From assembly GCA_900128395.1 (NCBI GenBank), contig LT649320.1, positions 1 to 38,077 on the forward strand: DNA of 38,077 nt, given 5' to 3'. A model generated the notes under the pieces. It did not search any database and was not told where the DNA came from. It saw only the letters and a program-made list of their open reading frames with translations. The first letter of the stretch is position 1, and every line of letters begins with the position of its first letter. The stretch is from Stramenopiles sp. TOSAG23-2 (taxonomy: Eukaryota). The position numbers and the translations under genes were made by a program. Below, piece by piece: positions 10,804 to 21,427 of this stretch.

Positions 10804-12426
10804 ATGGGGTTTGACGGATTTGAGATGTTTCGTGCAAAATGCCAAGGAATTGGATATTGGACACATTTTTTTTGTGGTGCAATAGTTGCAATCCTTCAGT
10901 TAAAATCATATAATATGTTGGCAAATGCAGTAGCTTTTTTATTAATTGCATATCAATTGACAGATTACATGTATGGGATTGAAGATATGTACGTCACTAA
11001 TGAATTTGGGTTGTTTAGAGATTTAATAGAATACTTAATTGGATACATATTTGTTATCTGTGGAGCATACTTGGAACGAAAAAGAAGAAAAGAATCATCA
11101 AATCACAATAATGAGATGAAAGTATCATCTTCAACATCATTATCTCCGATTGCTGTTACAACTATTGTTTTTGGATCAATGACATTTGAATTAAGCCGTG
11201 TCACCATACAAGTTATATTGCCAATTATTTTTAAATATGCATTAGGATTGTCAAGAGATCAAAAAACAACATTGCAATCACTGAATTTCTTTGGTGCATT
11301 CCTTGGAATGTTTGCTGCTGCACCACTAACTGGATTATTAGGTTCACAAAAATTGACAAGTTTAAGTTTATTGATGTTAGGTTTATTAGTCATCCTGCTA
11401 TCATCCGATTTCGGATCAATAGCATTTCTTAATTTAGAAATTATTGTTTTTGTTATGGGTACAATATTATCAATTGTATCTGTCGGTCTAAATACAACCG
11501 TACAAATAGTTTCTAGTGGTAAAAATCGCACAAGCGCAAATTTACTATATCGTGCAAGTGGATTATTATCAGTAATTATTGGTCCACAAATTACATGGTT
11601 AATGGAAAATAGTAATAGCTCAAGTGATGATGCAGATCATAATACGAAATTATCAATGGCATATCTTGTATTGCATATATTAGCTGGCTTTGAAATTCTG
11701 GGGGCAATTGTTTTATTTTATTGCAACTATGTTGTCACTAAAGCTAATGTGAAAATAATTGAAAATTTAGATAAGAAAACTGCAAAGAAAAAAAACTTAT
11801 CGTTTCGTAAGATAGCAAATATTTTTGTAACAATATATGCATATCAACCTTTATTTTATTTTTGTGTTGTATTATCATGTATTGCCAGTATAGAACCCGT
11901 TATGAAAGGATTTTTACCTGATTATGTTGGTGGCAGCCCATCATTTCAAAGCTCAATGCACTCCCTTGCTGCAACGGTTAGCCTATTATTGGTAGGCACA
12001 CAATTTTTAAAAGGTAAAGATTGTAGATCAGCGTTATTTACATTTTCATGTCTACATTCTACTGGTATGATTGGTCTATCGTTTTTTAAGCATCCAATTG
12101 GTAAAGCATCCTCGTACATTTTAGTAAAAGTTGTGACTGATTTGGCAAAGATACCAACAGGTATATGGACAACGAAATGTGCAGAAGGTTATATGAAACA
12201 TAAAAATGAAACGACGAAAAATAATGATTTAACCGTGGCAATTATTGTAGCCTCTGGATTAGGCATGCAAAAATTATTAGGGTCGTTGTTAAAAGCATTT
12301 ATTAGCGCTGGCGTCAGAGCAGCAGGTGAAGATAATATTAGTTTGGACCATGTTTTTATATTTTTAATGTGCGGTGCATTCACCGCTACATATTTTATTG
12401 GCAAATTGCCAAATTACATGATGTAA
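10804..12426 (+). CDS. MFS-like multi-pass transporter with an extra N-terminal membrane domain
   Basis: 540 aa with many TM segments. Motif-A-like APLTGLLGSQK after TM2 of the core and RTSANLLY in the TM4-5 loop. Confidence 0.7.
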   Translation: MGFDGFEMFRAKCQGIGYWTHFFCGAIVAILQLKSYNMLANAVAFLLIAYQLTDYMYGIEDMYVTNEFGLFRDLIEYLIGYIFVICGAYLERKRRKESSNHNNEMKVSSSTSLSPIAVTTIVFGSMTFELSRVTIQVILPIIFKYALGLSRDQKTTLQSLNFFGAFLGMFAAAPLTGLLGSQKLTSLSLLMLGLLVILLSSDFGSIAFLNLEIIVFVMGTILSIVSVGLNTTVQIVSSGKNRTSANLLYRASGLLSVIIGPQITWLMENSNSSSDDADHNTKLSMAYLVLHILAGFEILGAIVLFYCNYVVTKANVKIIENLDKKTAKKKNLSFRKIANIFVTIYAYQPLFYFCVVLSCIASIEPVMKGFLPDYVGGSPSFQSSMHSLAATVSLLLVGTQFLKGKDCRSALFTFSCLHSTGMIGLSFFKHPIGKASSYILVKVVTDLAKIPTGIWTTKCAEGYMKHKNETTKNNDLTVAIIVASGLGMQKLLGSLLKAFISAGVRAAGEDNISLDHVFIFLMCGAFTATYFIGKLPNYMM

Positions 12427-12570
12427 AAAACCAGTGTAAGGACAGGTTATTATAGTGTATTTTATGTGTTTATAAGATTAAACCATGGCATGATAATCAC
12501 GGAGAAGGATATTTAAAATAATATTATAACACTTAGATTTTGTAAAAATAATAAAATAAATAAATTACTA

Positions 12571-12829
12571 TTTACCTCCACCAATATTTTTGTATCTTGA
12601 AAAATATTGGCACACTCTGTGGATTTCAATGAACTCTATCGCAATGTTACGATTNNNNNNNNNNNNNNNNNNNNNNNNNNNNNNNNNNNNNNNNNNNNNN
12701 NNNNNNNNNNNNNNNNNNNNNNNNNNNNNNNNNNNNNNNNNNNNNNNNNATCTTTCAGTTTAGTGAGATAGATTTGTCTCAGTTATTGTATTCTTTCTGG
12801 AGAGTAGGAATTATCATGAGTAAATTAAA
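12571..12829. repeat. Dispersed repeat family, copy A (spans the N gap)
   Basis: Both gap flanks, reverse-complemented, align colinearly with 20204-20378. 12788-12829 is nearly identical (reverse complement) to 35368-35410. Confidence 0.8.
12655..12749. other. Assembly gap (95 N)
   Basis: Run of N. Confidence 1.
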
Positions 12830-12946
12830 AAATAAATTAATGCATTAATTAAAATATATAATAAAAATTAATATAAATGATACTCTCTCTCTTTAGATTT
12901 TAACCATCATTTTATAAAATATAAAAAATAAAAAAAAATTTTATTT

Positions 12947-13996
12947 TTATGTTGCAATTGGCGAAATAGGTCTACTCCCAGGACTCTCGACAGTCTTGCC
13001 ATCTTTTGTTTGCTCGGACTCTATACGTTTTCCTTGATCTACCACATTCATTTTATCGTTATTATGTGCTTTTGCTACATCAATTCCAGAATCTGCGTCA
13101 GGTGGCATAAATGGTTTTTTCAACTCATCTTCCTGTTCTGGCGAACGAATAACTTCTTCCTCCTTTCGAACGTCTCGATCGTCCCCTGGTCCAATACCAC
13201 CACCACTTCGCTTAAGTCGTTTTTTATCTGCAAGGACGTATTTCTTCTTCGTTCTTTTCTTTATTGGTTTTGGTGGGGGAGGAGGAGGAGCTTTTTTAAG
13301 CGGTGGAGGTGCAATTTTCCGTTGTTTTTTATTTTGAATTTTCTTCTTCTTCTTCTTCTTCACAGGAGGTGGAATAACAACTTTTGTTGTATTTTTTGTA
13401 ATATTTTTTGTAGTATTTGTAATATTCATACTTAGTACTTTTTTTCTTGGAGGTACATAGATGAAATCATCCTTTGGGCACCCGGCAGGTAAAGGCATAC
13501 CGTTGTGTGCAGCTATTTCGCATTCAGTTAAAGTATTAGGCATTTCTTTAACGCGTCTCTCATATCTAGCTGTTCTCGAATGATCTAGAGCAATTGATGA
13601 AACTTTGTTGCATTGGACAAAAGTATTTCTACAAGTTTCTAAACAAAAACGTATATACTCTGTATCTTCACACTTAACCATTAGTTCCCTATTTTGTTTC
13701 GACTCACACATACCTTGTTCATTACAATTTGGCGGAACTTCAAAGCCAGAATTGCTACGCGAATATTTAGCATTTTGTTGTTCTGCTATGGATAAAAACG
13801 ACAACATTCGTTGATTTTCTAATTTCAACTTTTCATTTTCTTCTATTATTTGCTGTTCTATTGTTTTATCTAATGGTAGTTTATTCCAATTATTTTCAGC
13901 GTTATCATCAATATTACTATTGGAAGATTTAACAAAATATACAACTTGGACAAGAATCAACAATATGAGTATGGTATATACAGTAATGATATGCAT
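12947..13996 (-). CDS. Signal-anchored or secreted protein with coiled coil, Cys-rich segment and Pro/Lys-rich tail
   Basis: 349-aa ORF with hydrophobic N-terminus, clustered Cys (CNEQGMC..CEDTEYIRFCLETC), repeated N-x-T sequons and PPPP/KKKK tracts. Confidence 0.8.
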   Translation of the reverse strand: MHIITVYTILILLILVQVVYFVKSSNSNIDDNAENNWNKLPLDKTIEQQIIEENEKLKLENQRMLSFLSIAEQQNAKYSRSNSGFEVPPNCNEQGMCESKQNRELMVKCEDTEYIRFCLETCRNTFVQCNKVSSIALDHSRTARYERRVKEMPNTLTECEIAAHNGMPLPAGCPKDDFIYVPPRKKVLSMNITNTTKNITKNTTKVVIPPPVKKKKKKKIQNKKQRKIAPPPLKKAPPPPPPKPIKKRTKKKYVLADKKRLKRSGGGIGPGDDRDVRKEEEVIRSPEQEDELKKPFMPPDADSGIDVAKAHNNDKMNVVDQGKRIESEQTKDGKTVESPGSRPISPIAT

Positions 13997-14848
13997 GGTG
14001 AAATATCATATAACGACAAGCTAATAATCTCTATTAATCTTTTGAATCAATATTTTCCACAGACTAATATCTCCATACTATATATTACTGTCTATATTGC
14101 ATTTTTAGCATTGTATTATTATTCACTTCCCCTTATTGTGTATGCTGGTATGTATTATGGTGTTAGTTTAAGTTTCGATTCTCCCCTCTTCTCCTCCTCC
14201 TTATATCCTCTTCTTTTTTTTTTTCTCAAAGCACCAAAGCACCAAAAGGCCTGGAAAAAAGCCTGGAAAGATAAAACTGGAAAGTAAAAGCCGGAAAGCT
14301 GGAAACGCCAGTTGGTATTATAGTTTATAGTCTACTCGTACTCGCCAGTATACAGTATAATATAAAAAACTCTACCGCTTTTTGCGAAAACCGAAAACCT
14401 CGTGATTTTGGTACCATATTAGGCATTGTGTGAAAAGCTAGATAAAGAAACCTAACGTACAACGCTACAGGACAGACGCCTTGCATACAGCATATACAGC
14501 ATACAGCATACAGCATACACAGCAGCATTAGACTATATGTAAGTTATATAGGCAAGAGGCAAGGTATGTAAGAAAAATAATAATGGCGTACGTTATAATA
14601 CCACAGTACCTGATGAAGGTATAGTAGTAGTAAGTAACAAAAGCAATGCTAAAAAAAACACAGCTATTATTATTAATAACAAAGCAAACAAAAAAAACAC
14701 TATTATTATTTTAATTATAAATACTCCTCTGTATTTTACTTTTAAATACGAACTGTACGATAATTAAAATAATTACAATTTAATGTATATACAAATAGGA
14801 AGATCCATATTGCATCACGGATGCAACAGAAAACATTGTACATAAATA

Positions 14849-15727
14849 ATGCCGAAAAAAGAGCAGAAAACTGACTCGGAAAGCGCATCAGAGGATGGCG
14901 AATTTGCAGTTAAATCTTATGTGAAAGCAGATACGAAAAAATATGCACCTAAATGTGATATAGCTTTATCAAAGGAATTACAGCTACAGTATAGGGACGA
15001 AATATTAATGGAATATAAAGAAAGTCAAATTGTAGTCCGTAAGCGTTTTGATTGTCGTGGTTTCATCCATAAATTGTTAAAAAAAAATCCAAATTCCAAA
15101 AAGCGTAAAAAAAGGTTTTTTGATGCGTGTTTAATGAATGATGCCGGTACAGCTGAAAAATTATTAATCGATGGTTTATATCCAACGTTAGAGGACGAAA
15201 GAGGACAAAATGGGGTGTATTATGCTTGTATCGAAGGAAGTTTTGATGCATTGCGGACGATACTGGCAAATCAAGTAAGCATAGAAACAAAAAACGAAAA
15301 AGACTTATCAACACCGCTACATTTGGCATGTCGGGGTGGACACAGTGGATATGAACGTTGTATAGAAGTATTACTAGAAAATAATGTGGATGTAGATGCA
15401 CGCGATATTAGGGGACAAACGCCAGCAATGTGGGCAGCACAAAGAGGTTTTTATAGAGCATTCTCTTTATTATCTGAATATGGTGCTGATTTAGATGCAC
15501 AGGATAAAGAAGGTTGGACTTGCTTACATTTTGCCAGTTATAAAGGAGATAGGAAGGTTGTAGCAGAATTATTGGAAGAAGGTGCAGCATATAGTGAAAA
15601 GGATAAACTTGGTCAAACACCTTGGGATTGGGCTATGAAAAGAAAATTTGATGGTATAGCAGCACAATTAGATGAACATGCTAGACGTATTCGGAAGTTT
15701 AAAGAAAAATATGGATATAGTCCGTGA
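14849..15727 (+). CDS. Ankyrin-repeat protein
   Basis: TPLHLACRGGH, GQTPAMWAAQRG, GWTCLHFASYKG, GQTPWDWA: 4-5 ANK repeats. Confidence 0.93.
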   Translation: MPKKEQKTDSESASEDGEFAVKSYVKADTKKYAPKCDIALSKELQLQYRDEILMEYKESQIVVRKRFDCRGFIHKLLKKNPNSKKRKKRFFDACLMNDAGTAEKLLIDGLYPTLEDERGQNGVYYACIEGSFDALRTILANQVSIETKNEKDLSTPLHLACRGGHSGYERCIEVLLENNVDVDARDIRGQTPAMWAAQRGFYRAFSLLSEYGADLDAQDKEGWTCLHFASYKGDRKVVAELLEEGAAYSEKDKLGQTPWDWAMKRKFDGIAAQLDEHARRIRKFKEKYGYSP

Positions 15728-15970
15728 ATTACAAAATCGACGGTACGAATTTCGTACGTAACTACAACTTGAGCTTCCACTTGAGCTATTCTTGAGGTTA
15801 TACTTGATGTAAATAACTAGAAAACTGAATAGATAATTAATTATTATAAAAATGATAGTAGATTTTTTTACGAAAAAAAAATAACAAAACCAAATAAAAT
15901 TTGTACATGATAAATGAAATTATTATCTCTCCAACTCATCGAATATGAAAAGGTATTGTAAAGAAAATTA

Positions 15971-17905
15971 CTAATAATACTTTTTCTTCTCTTTCTTCTT
16001 TCTTCTACCGGTTGGCTTAGCAAAAGTTCCAGTGCTATTTACATCATTACCTTTGTCATCATTATTATTGCTACCTTGCTGAACGTCTTCAACTTTTCGT
16101 GTTTCCTCAGTTTTACTATTATTTTTCTCAGCTTTTCTAGCATCACTTTTTTTTTGTAGCTCACTTTCATACATTAGTTGCTCCTCCATTGCGTTCATTC
16201 TTTTCTTTGCTTCCAGACGTACCTGCGTCTCTTTACGATCTTTGTAACCGCGATATCGACTTTGCAATTTAGTTGCCGCCTCATTATTTTCCTTAACTTC
16301 TTTTTGTTTCCTCCGAGATTGAAATCCTCTGTATCCAGCTTGCAATTTAGTCGCAGCACCGTGAGTTTGTGGATCATCAATATCAATACCTAATCGATCA
16401 TTTAATGTATCGTCTTTCTCCTTTTCTTCTTGCTCTTCTTGTTGTACTTCTAACAGCGCATCGTCTTCCGTTAAAATGGTGCCTTTTGTGGATGGCTTCA
16501 TTGAAGCTAATACCATGTCTGTATTATCATTCATACGGCTTGATACAAGTGGAGATGGATCATTAGTCCTATTGCTTCGTGATGCATTATTCCTAGGGCG
16601 TGATGGTTGAAATGTTGGACGTTGAGTTGGAAGAGAGATTGGCTCATCCTGTAATACAATATCTTTCAATTGTTTTTTCACTTTTTTAACTTGTAACACT
16701 TGTAGACGAACTTGCTTTTCCTTTAAACTTAATTCTGCTTTCAATCTATCATTTTCCGCCTGCGCTTCTTGCAATGTTTTCTCTTTGAGCCGCATTTCAC
16801 GCTTATGCTGTTGTTGATTAGTACGATCCATTTTTTCCAATAAAAACATTTTCCGTTTCATTTTTTCTTTTTCTTCTTCCCATTTCTCTTTATTTTCTTT
16901 CTTTTGTTTCATAGCAGCTTCCTCTTTTCTTTTTGCCTCTGGCATAATCGCATTTTCCAATTGTTGTTTTAATTTCTCATTGCTTTGCCTCAATACTTCA
17001 ATTTCGCGTTCTTGTTTCTTCCTAGTCGCAGCAAATTTAATATCACGTGTTCTGACTTTACGTAATTTTTCTTTGTAAACACGTATATCATTTTCTAATG
17101 ATGTAATTCGATGTGGCCATGCTAGTTTAAGCTCCTCCTTTGCATTAATTTCCTTTTCTTGTTTACGTTGAATCGATAATAACATTTTATTATCTTTTTT
17201 CAAAACTTGAATGGCATTTTCTTTCTCTTTCACTTGATTCTCTAACAACAAGACTCGATCATGCGAACGTGCATCTTTAAGCTGTCTATTAAGCTCTTTA
17301 TTTGTTTTTTTATATATTTCAATTTTTTGTTTCATATTTTTTAACATTTTCTCTTTTACTGCCAAAGATTTATTAGATGGTTCAAGACCTTGTGTTGCTG
17401 CATTGTTATTGTTTTTAATCGAAGCATCTAACGCCCGTGCAAATTCTTTTAATTGATTCCTTAATGCCGCATTAGCGAGTCTTAATTTTTCTATTGTCGG
17501 TTGTTGATTGTTACTGTTATTCCTGCTATTTTTATTATTGTTACTGTTTTTCGTTATAGGTTTTTTCGTTACACTTTTATTATTATTATTGGTACTACTA
17601 ACATTTGTATTACTATTAGTCGTAGTCTTGTTTTTCTTTTTCTTTGTGGCATCACTACTACCATAATTGTTACTGGTCACGCGGTTTTTTGAAGGTGAAG
17701 ATTGGAAATTAGTCTTTTTTACAGTTTTGTTCTTCGTTTGTTCCTGCCGTTGAGGTTGTGGCTTTGGATCATTTTTACTTTCCTTTGTTTCAAGCGATTT
17801 ATTATTAATAATGGGTGTTTTTGAGTCTTCCACGCTATCATCTTCAAAATCATCAAAATAATCTTCTTCCTCCTCCGACCCATCCATACTATATCCAGAA
17901 CTCAT
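15971..17905 (-). CDS. Lebercilin-like coiled-coil protein with two IQ motifs
   Basis: Start taken at the ATG of MSSGYS (17905). The central coiled coil (LKKDNKMLLSIQRKQEKEI..LENDIRVYKEKLRK) resembles the lebercilin domain. IQ motifs AATKLQAGYRGFQSRR and AATKLQSRYRGYKDRK. Confidence 0.75.
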   Translation of the reverse strand: MSSGYSMDGSEEEEDYFDDFEDDSVEDSKTPIINNKSLETKESKNDPKPQPQRQEQTKNKTVKKTNFQSSPSKNRVTSNNYGSSDATKKKKNKTTTNSNTNVSSTNNNNKSVTKKPITKNSNNNKNSRNNSNNQQPTIEKLRLANAALRNQLKEFARALDASIKNNNNAATQGLEPSNKSLAVKEKMLKNMKQKIEIYKKTNKELNRQLKDARSHDRVLLLENQVKEKENAIQVLKKDNKMLLSIQRKQEKEINAKEELKLAWPHRITSLENDIRVYKEKLRKVRTRDIKFAATRKKQEREIEVLRQSNEKLKQQLENAIMPEAKRKEEAAMKQKKENKEKWEEEKEKMKRKMFLLEKMDRTNQQQHKREMRLKEKTLQEAQAENDRLKAELSLKEKQVRLQVLQVKKVKKQLKDIVLQDEPISLPTQRPTFQPSRPRNNASRSNRTNDPSPLVSSRMNDNTDMVLASMKPSTKGTILTEDDALLEVQQEEQEEKEKDDTLNDRLGIDIDDPQTHGAATKLQAGYRGFQSRRKQKEVKENNEAATKLQSRYRGYKDRKETQVRLEAKKRMNAMEEQLMYESELQKKSDARKAEKNNSKTEETRKVEDVQQGSNNNDDKGNDVNSTGTFAKPTGRRKKKEKKKYY

Positions 17906-18340
17906 CTTTATATATGTATATATATATGTATGTATATATATATATATAAATACTATGTTCAAATTATATTAATATATTTCCAATTTCTCTCTATTTCCTT
18001 TATTTGTATCTCTCTCTCTATACCTACTGTATATTTCATATTAATAATTAGAATAATATTGCAATAAGTGTGATGAGAAATGGTGTTAAAACTGAAGAAG
18101 AAGCAGAAGAATGATGAAACGTTTTCTTGTCACGCGTTCAGATCAAGCTAGCTACTTAATAGTAGTCTAAGTACTATGTATGTACATAGGGCATAGGGAC
18201 TATCTGGCGTAAAAATACCTTATTTTAAATTTGGCGTACTCCTATCGATACATCGATACTGTACTCGATCGCACAATCCCTATATATCAACGCTGTCCTT
18301 TGTGCTCTGTGCTCTGTGCTCTGTGTACTAACTAGACGAC

Positions 18341-18510
18341 GACTAGCACACTACATGCAGGCCGCAGGCTGGGCAGGGTATTAGACTAATAAGCTAATAA
18401 TAGTATGTTATACTGTTGTACCTGTTATTACCTGTTTCTGTTGTCTGTTGTACTGTTGTACTGTTGTTATTGTACTTGTAAAAGTTTTAGTTTAAGACTA
18501 GCACACTACA
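18341..18510. repeat. 15-bp direct repeats (GACTAGCACACTACA) enclosing TACTGTTG-type microrepeats
   Basis: Exact copies at 18341-18355 and 18496-18510. Confidence 0.85.
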
Positions 18511-19038
18511 GACTTTTTACTTTTGAATACTTCAATAATTCATACCATTGAATGACAAAAAGATAGCGACCCCATGTATCATTTATAACATTAATATAAA
18601 TGGATAAACAATATAATATGGGTTGTTTATATCAACAAAAAAAAATCGGAAAGCCAGGAAAGGTGGAAAGAAAAATCAGAAAGAATCTCTTTGGAAAAAT
18701 AGAAAAAAATCCAAAAAAATACACACAGATGGACAGACGAAATCCTGGGAAAAAAGTTGTTATTTTGATGATGATGCATAATGCAATGGTATTCACATAC
18801 TATATCACGCTTTTTTTAGTCTGTATAATGCATGTAGTAAGTATAATAAGTAATAATCATATAGTAATGGCATGTTAATATTATTACAAAAATAGATATA
18901 AAGGCATATGCATATATGTTACAACAATATATTCAAATTATTTGTATCACATTATAAAAATACAACGAAATGCAACATAATAATTTCAATTTAGCATAAC
19001 TAGCATTTTAATTGAATATATAATACATATATATAAAT

Positions 19039-19518
19039 ATGGGTGCATGTGGCGGGAAGGATGAACGCAATTCGGAAGAAGGAGACGATGACTTGTCTAA
19101 TAGTTTACTTGAATCTAGTACAACAACACCAATGATAGTACTAGCGGATGTTAGTACTTTAGACCCAATAGCTACAACTCCACCACCTACTACTAAGCGG
19201 AAGAAACGAGGGAAAAAATACAAAAAGAACCTATCACGAACCCAACCAGAATTTGGCGTTGTAACGCCTAGAAGCAGTTCTATGTCTTTTGATGAGTTCC
19301 CAGTCGAAGATATAGATAATAAAACAAATAGCGATACAACAGTTGAAGACTTAGATGAGGAAAATAATATGGAAGATGATAAAGATAACATAGAGGTGAA
19401 TAAAGATAACATAGAAGAAAAGAAAGATAGTATAGATAAAATTGAAATCGATGAAATAGCAATAACAAAATCGACGGAGGCTCTAGAAGTTAAAACAAAT
19501 GAAGAAGTAACTGCATAA
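19039..19518 (+). CDS. Small acidic protein with predicted N-myristoylation/palmitoylation (MGACGGK)
   Basis: 159-aa ORF with coding-like composition, Gly2/Cys4, a basic cluster KRKKRGKKYKK and KDNIE repeats. Confidence 0.7.
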   Translation: MGACGGKDERNSEEGDDDLSNSLLESSTTTPMIVLADVSTLDPIATTPPPTTKRKKRGKKYKKNLSRTQPEFGVVTPRSSSMSFDEFPVEDIDNKTNSDTTVEDLDEENNMEDDKDNIEVNKDNIEEKKDSIDKIEIDEIAITKSTEALEVKTNEEVTA

Positions 19519-20203
19519 TACTATATACATATTACACATGTACTATATATTTATTTTTGGAAAGTTAAGAGGCTCCATGTACCTCTTATTTGTAGTCCAT
19601 TATAATTTTATATTATAATAATATATGGGAGACAAAAGAAATTTACGCAAAAAAAATCCAAAACATTTGTACACATGTATATGTATAAATAATATGTATC
19701 AAATATTTAGAAATTCTTTATATCTTTTGGAATGCTGACAATGAATATTATCAATAGTACCCAGTCATCAAAATATTCATATGTGTCCATTAAAGCATCC
19801 AAGTGGCATTTTTTATAAAGAATTATCATTTCATTGAGCAATATAATACCATCTTCAAAAAAAAAATAAAAAAAACATTCCCTCTCTAGCAAAAGAAACT
19901 TGCAAAAAATTTTGATATCAATTTAACATTATTATACATTATATACCAATTAATTAATTACAAAATGTAATGCGTGTAGCGGTTTTCCAGACACATTTTA
20001 AGAAAGTGCTGTGTGCGTCCATTTTTATATTTTTTTATAATATTTATAAAAGAAAAAAAATAATACGAAGCGTTCGTATTTAAAAATTTTATTTTAGTTC
20101 ATGTATTTATGCATAAGATTCTTTAAAATTTAATTTTTATATTACGACGCATAAATTATAAATATTTAACTAAAATGTACGCGTATTTTAATTTTTTATT
20201 TCC

Positions 20204-20378
20204 TACTCATAACAATTCCTACTCTCCAAAGAATACAGTGCTTGAGCCAATATATTTAATTTAAATCTAATCTCACTATCGAAGTCAGATTTGATACATC
20301 GTACTGTTGTAGAGTACATCATTAGTCCGCGAAACGTGCCATTATTTCTAAAATGTAGCAATAAATGAAGGAGGTAAA
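20204..20378. repeat. Dispersed repeat family, copy B
   Basis: TACTCAT..AATTCCTACTCTCCA..AAGAATACA..TCTCACTA..ATCGTA..TAGAGT..GTGCCA..GGAGGTAAA, colinear with the reverse complement of 12571-12822. Confidence 0.8.
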
Positions 20379-20686
20379 CAGATGCGATTAACGTACGCAT
20401 AATTATTATTTTAATAAAAATATTTAATATGATGTGTACAAAAAGTAATTATTTTGAGAGATTTTTTAATAAAATTTTAAATTGTGCGACCCCGTGATGT
20501 TCCCCCCCTCTTTTTCGTGTGCGTCGCAAAAATATTTTTAAAATCTCATCTCTCCGTTGAAGACGAACATCAAAAGAAAACTTCACGAAAATACGCCTCG
20601 TATATAACACATAATACACATATAATACGCGCTTCGTATTAATATACGAACCGTTCGTCGTACCAAATTATACTTATTTTATTGAA

Positions 20687-21427
20687 TCAAGGCCTTGAAA
20701 AACAAATTCTTACTTGTCCTTCCGATTTTCTTGATTGGTTGATGAAAGCACTAATTTCTCTTGAATTTGGAACTTTGGTATGTCCATATATCAAACGCAA
20801 TGGAATGCCATTAATGGATACGATTTTATCTCCTTTTTTTATACCTTGTTTAGCAGCTGCACCTTTTGCATCGACATCACTAATAATACCACCTTCGTTT
20901 TCCAATTGGATTTGTAAACGATCGTCAAAAGTTTCAACAAAAGTATCACCACTTTTTTTACCATCTTCATTGTTCACAACTTCTGTTTCTTTATTTGTAT
21001 CCTTTTTAGTATTTTTTTTTGTGTCCTCGTCATTAATATTATGTTTATTTGCATTTTTTTTGGTATCATCGGTTCCTTCTTCTTCTTCTTCCTCTCCGTT
21101 TTTATCATTAATTTTACCACCAAGTTTTAATATTTGAGCCTTTAATTTTTCATTTTCTTCTTGCAATAATTGTCTTTCATAACATTCTTCCGTATATTTA
21201 ATATCCAATGCAAGATATCGTTCTGTAACATCTTTTAATATTTGTTGCTGTTCTTCAATTTTTTTTTCTTGCATTTCATTTACCTTTAATGATTTTTCTA
21301 ACAACGTGACATGTTTTGGTTTTAATATTTTTTGCGTTACGTACATATTTTGCTCTTGATATCCACGATTACGACTAGGAGGCAATTGGCCACTTACACG
21401 ATATTGTTTGACATAACGTGGTTGCAT
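20687..21427 (-). CDS. Coiled-coil protein with a C-terminal PDZ domain
   Basis: IISDVDAKGAAAKQGIKKGDKIVSINGI is a PDZ signature. Confidence 0.85.
   Translation of the reverse strand: MQPRYVKQYRVSGQLPPSRNRGYQEQNMYVTQKILKPKHVTLLEKSLKVNEMQEKKIEEQQQILKDVTERYLALDIKYTEECYERQLLQEENEKLKAQILKLGGKINDKNGEEEEEEGTDDTKKNANKHNINDEDTKKNTKKDTNKETEVVNNEDGKKSGDTFVETFDDRLQIQLENEGGIISDVDAKGAAAKQGIKKGDKIVSINGIPLRLIYGHTKVPNSREISAFINQSRKSEGQVRICFSRP

Noticed and set aside
17906-17962. ORF-track N-terminal extensions from TTG starts (here and 29243-29290)
   Set aside because: Non-ATG starts in a eukaryote, partly running through TA microsatellite; the first ATG is preferred.
20300-20345. Hammerhead-like (GAAAC, CTAATGA) or C/D-box-like motifs in copy B
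   Set aside because: The two hammerhead core pieces lie on opposite strands and neither motif set is conserved in copy A.
20203-20400. 65-aa minus-strand ORF over repeat copy B
   Set aside because: The frame is not preserved in copy A because of indels, so it is likely chance.
20485-20528. GC-rich TGCGAC...GTCGCA hairpin
   Set aside because: Only a 6-bp perfect stem, single occurrence, and no supporting element boundaries.
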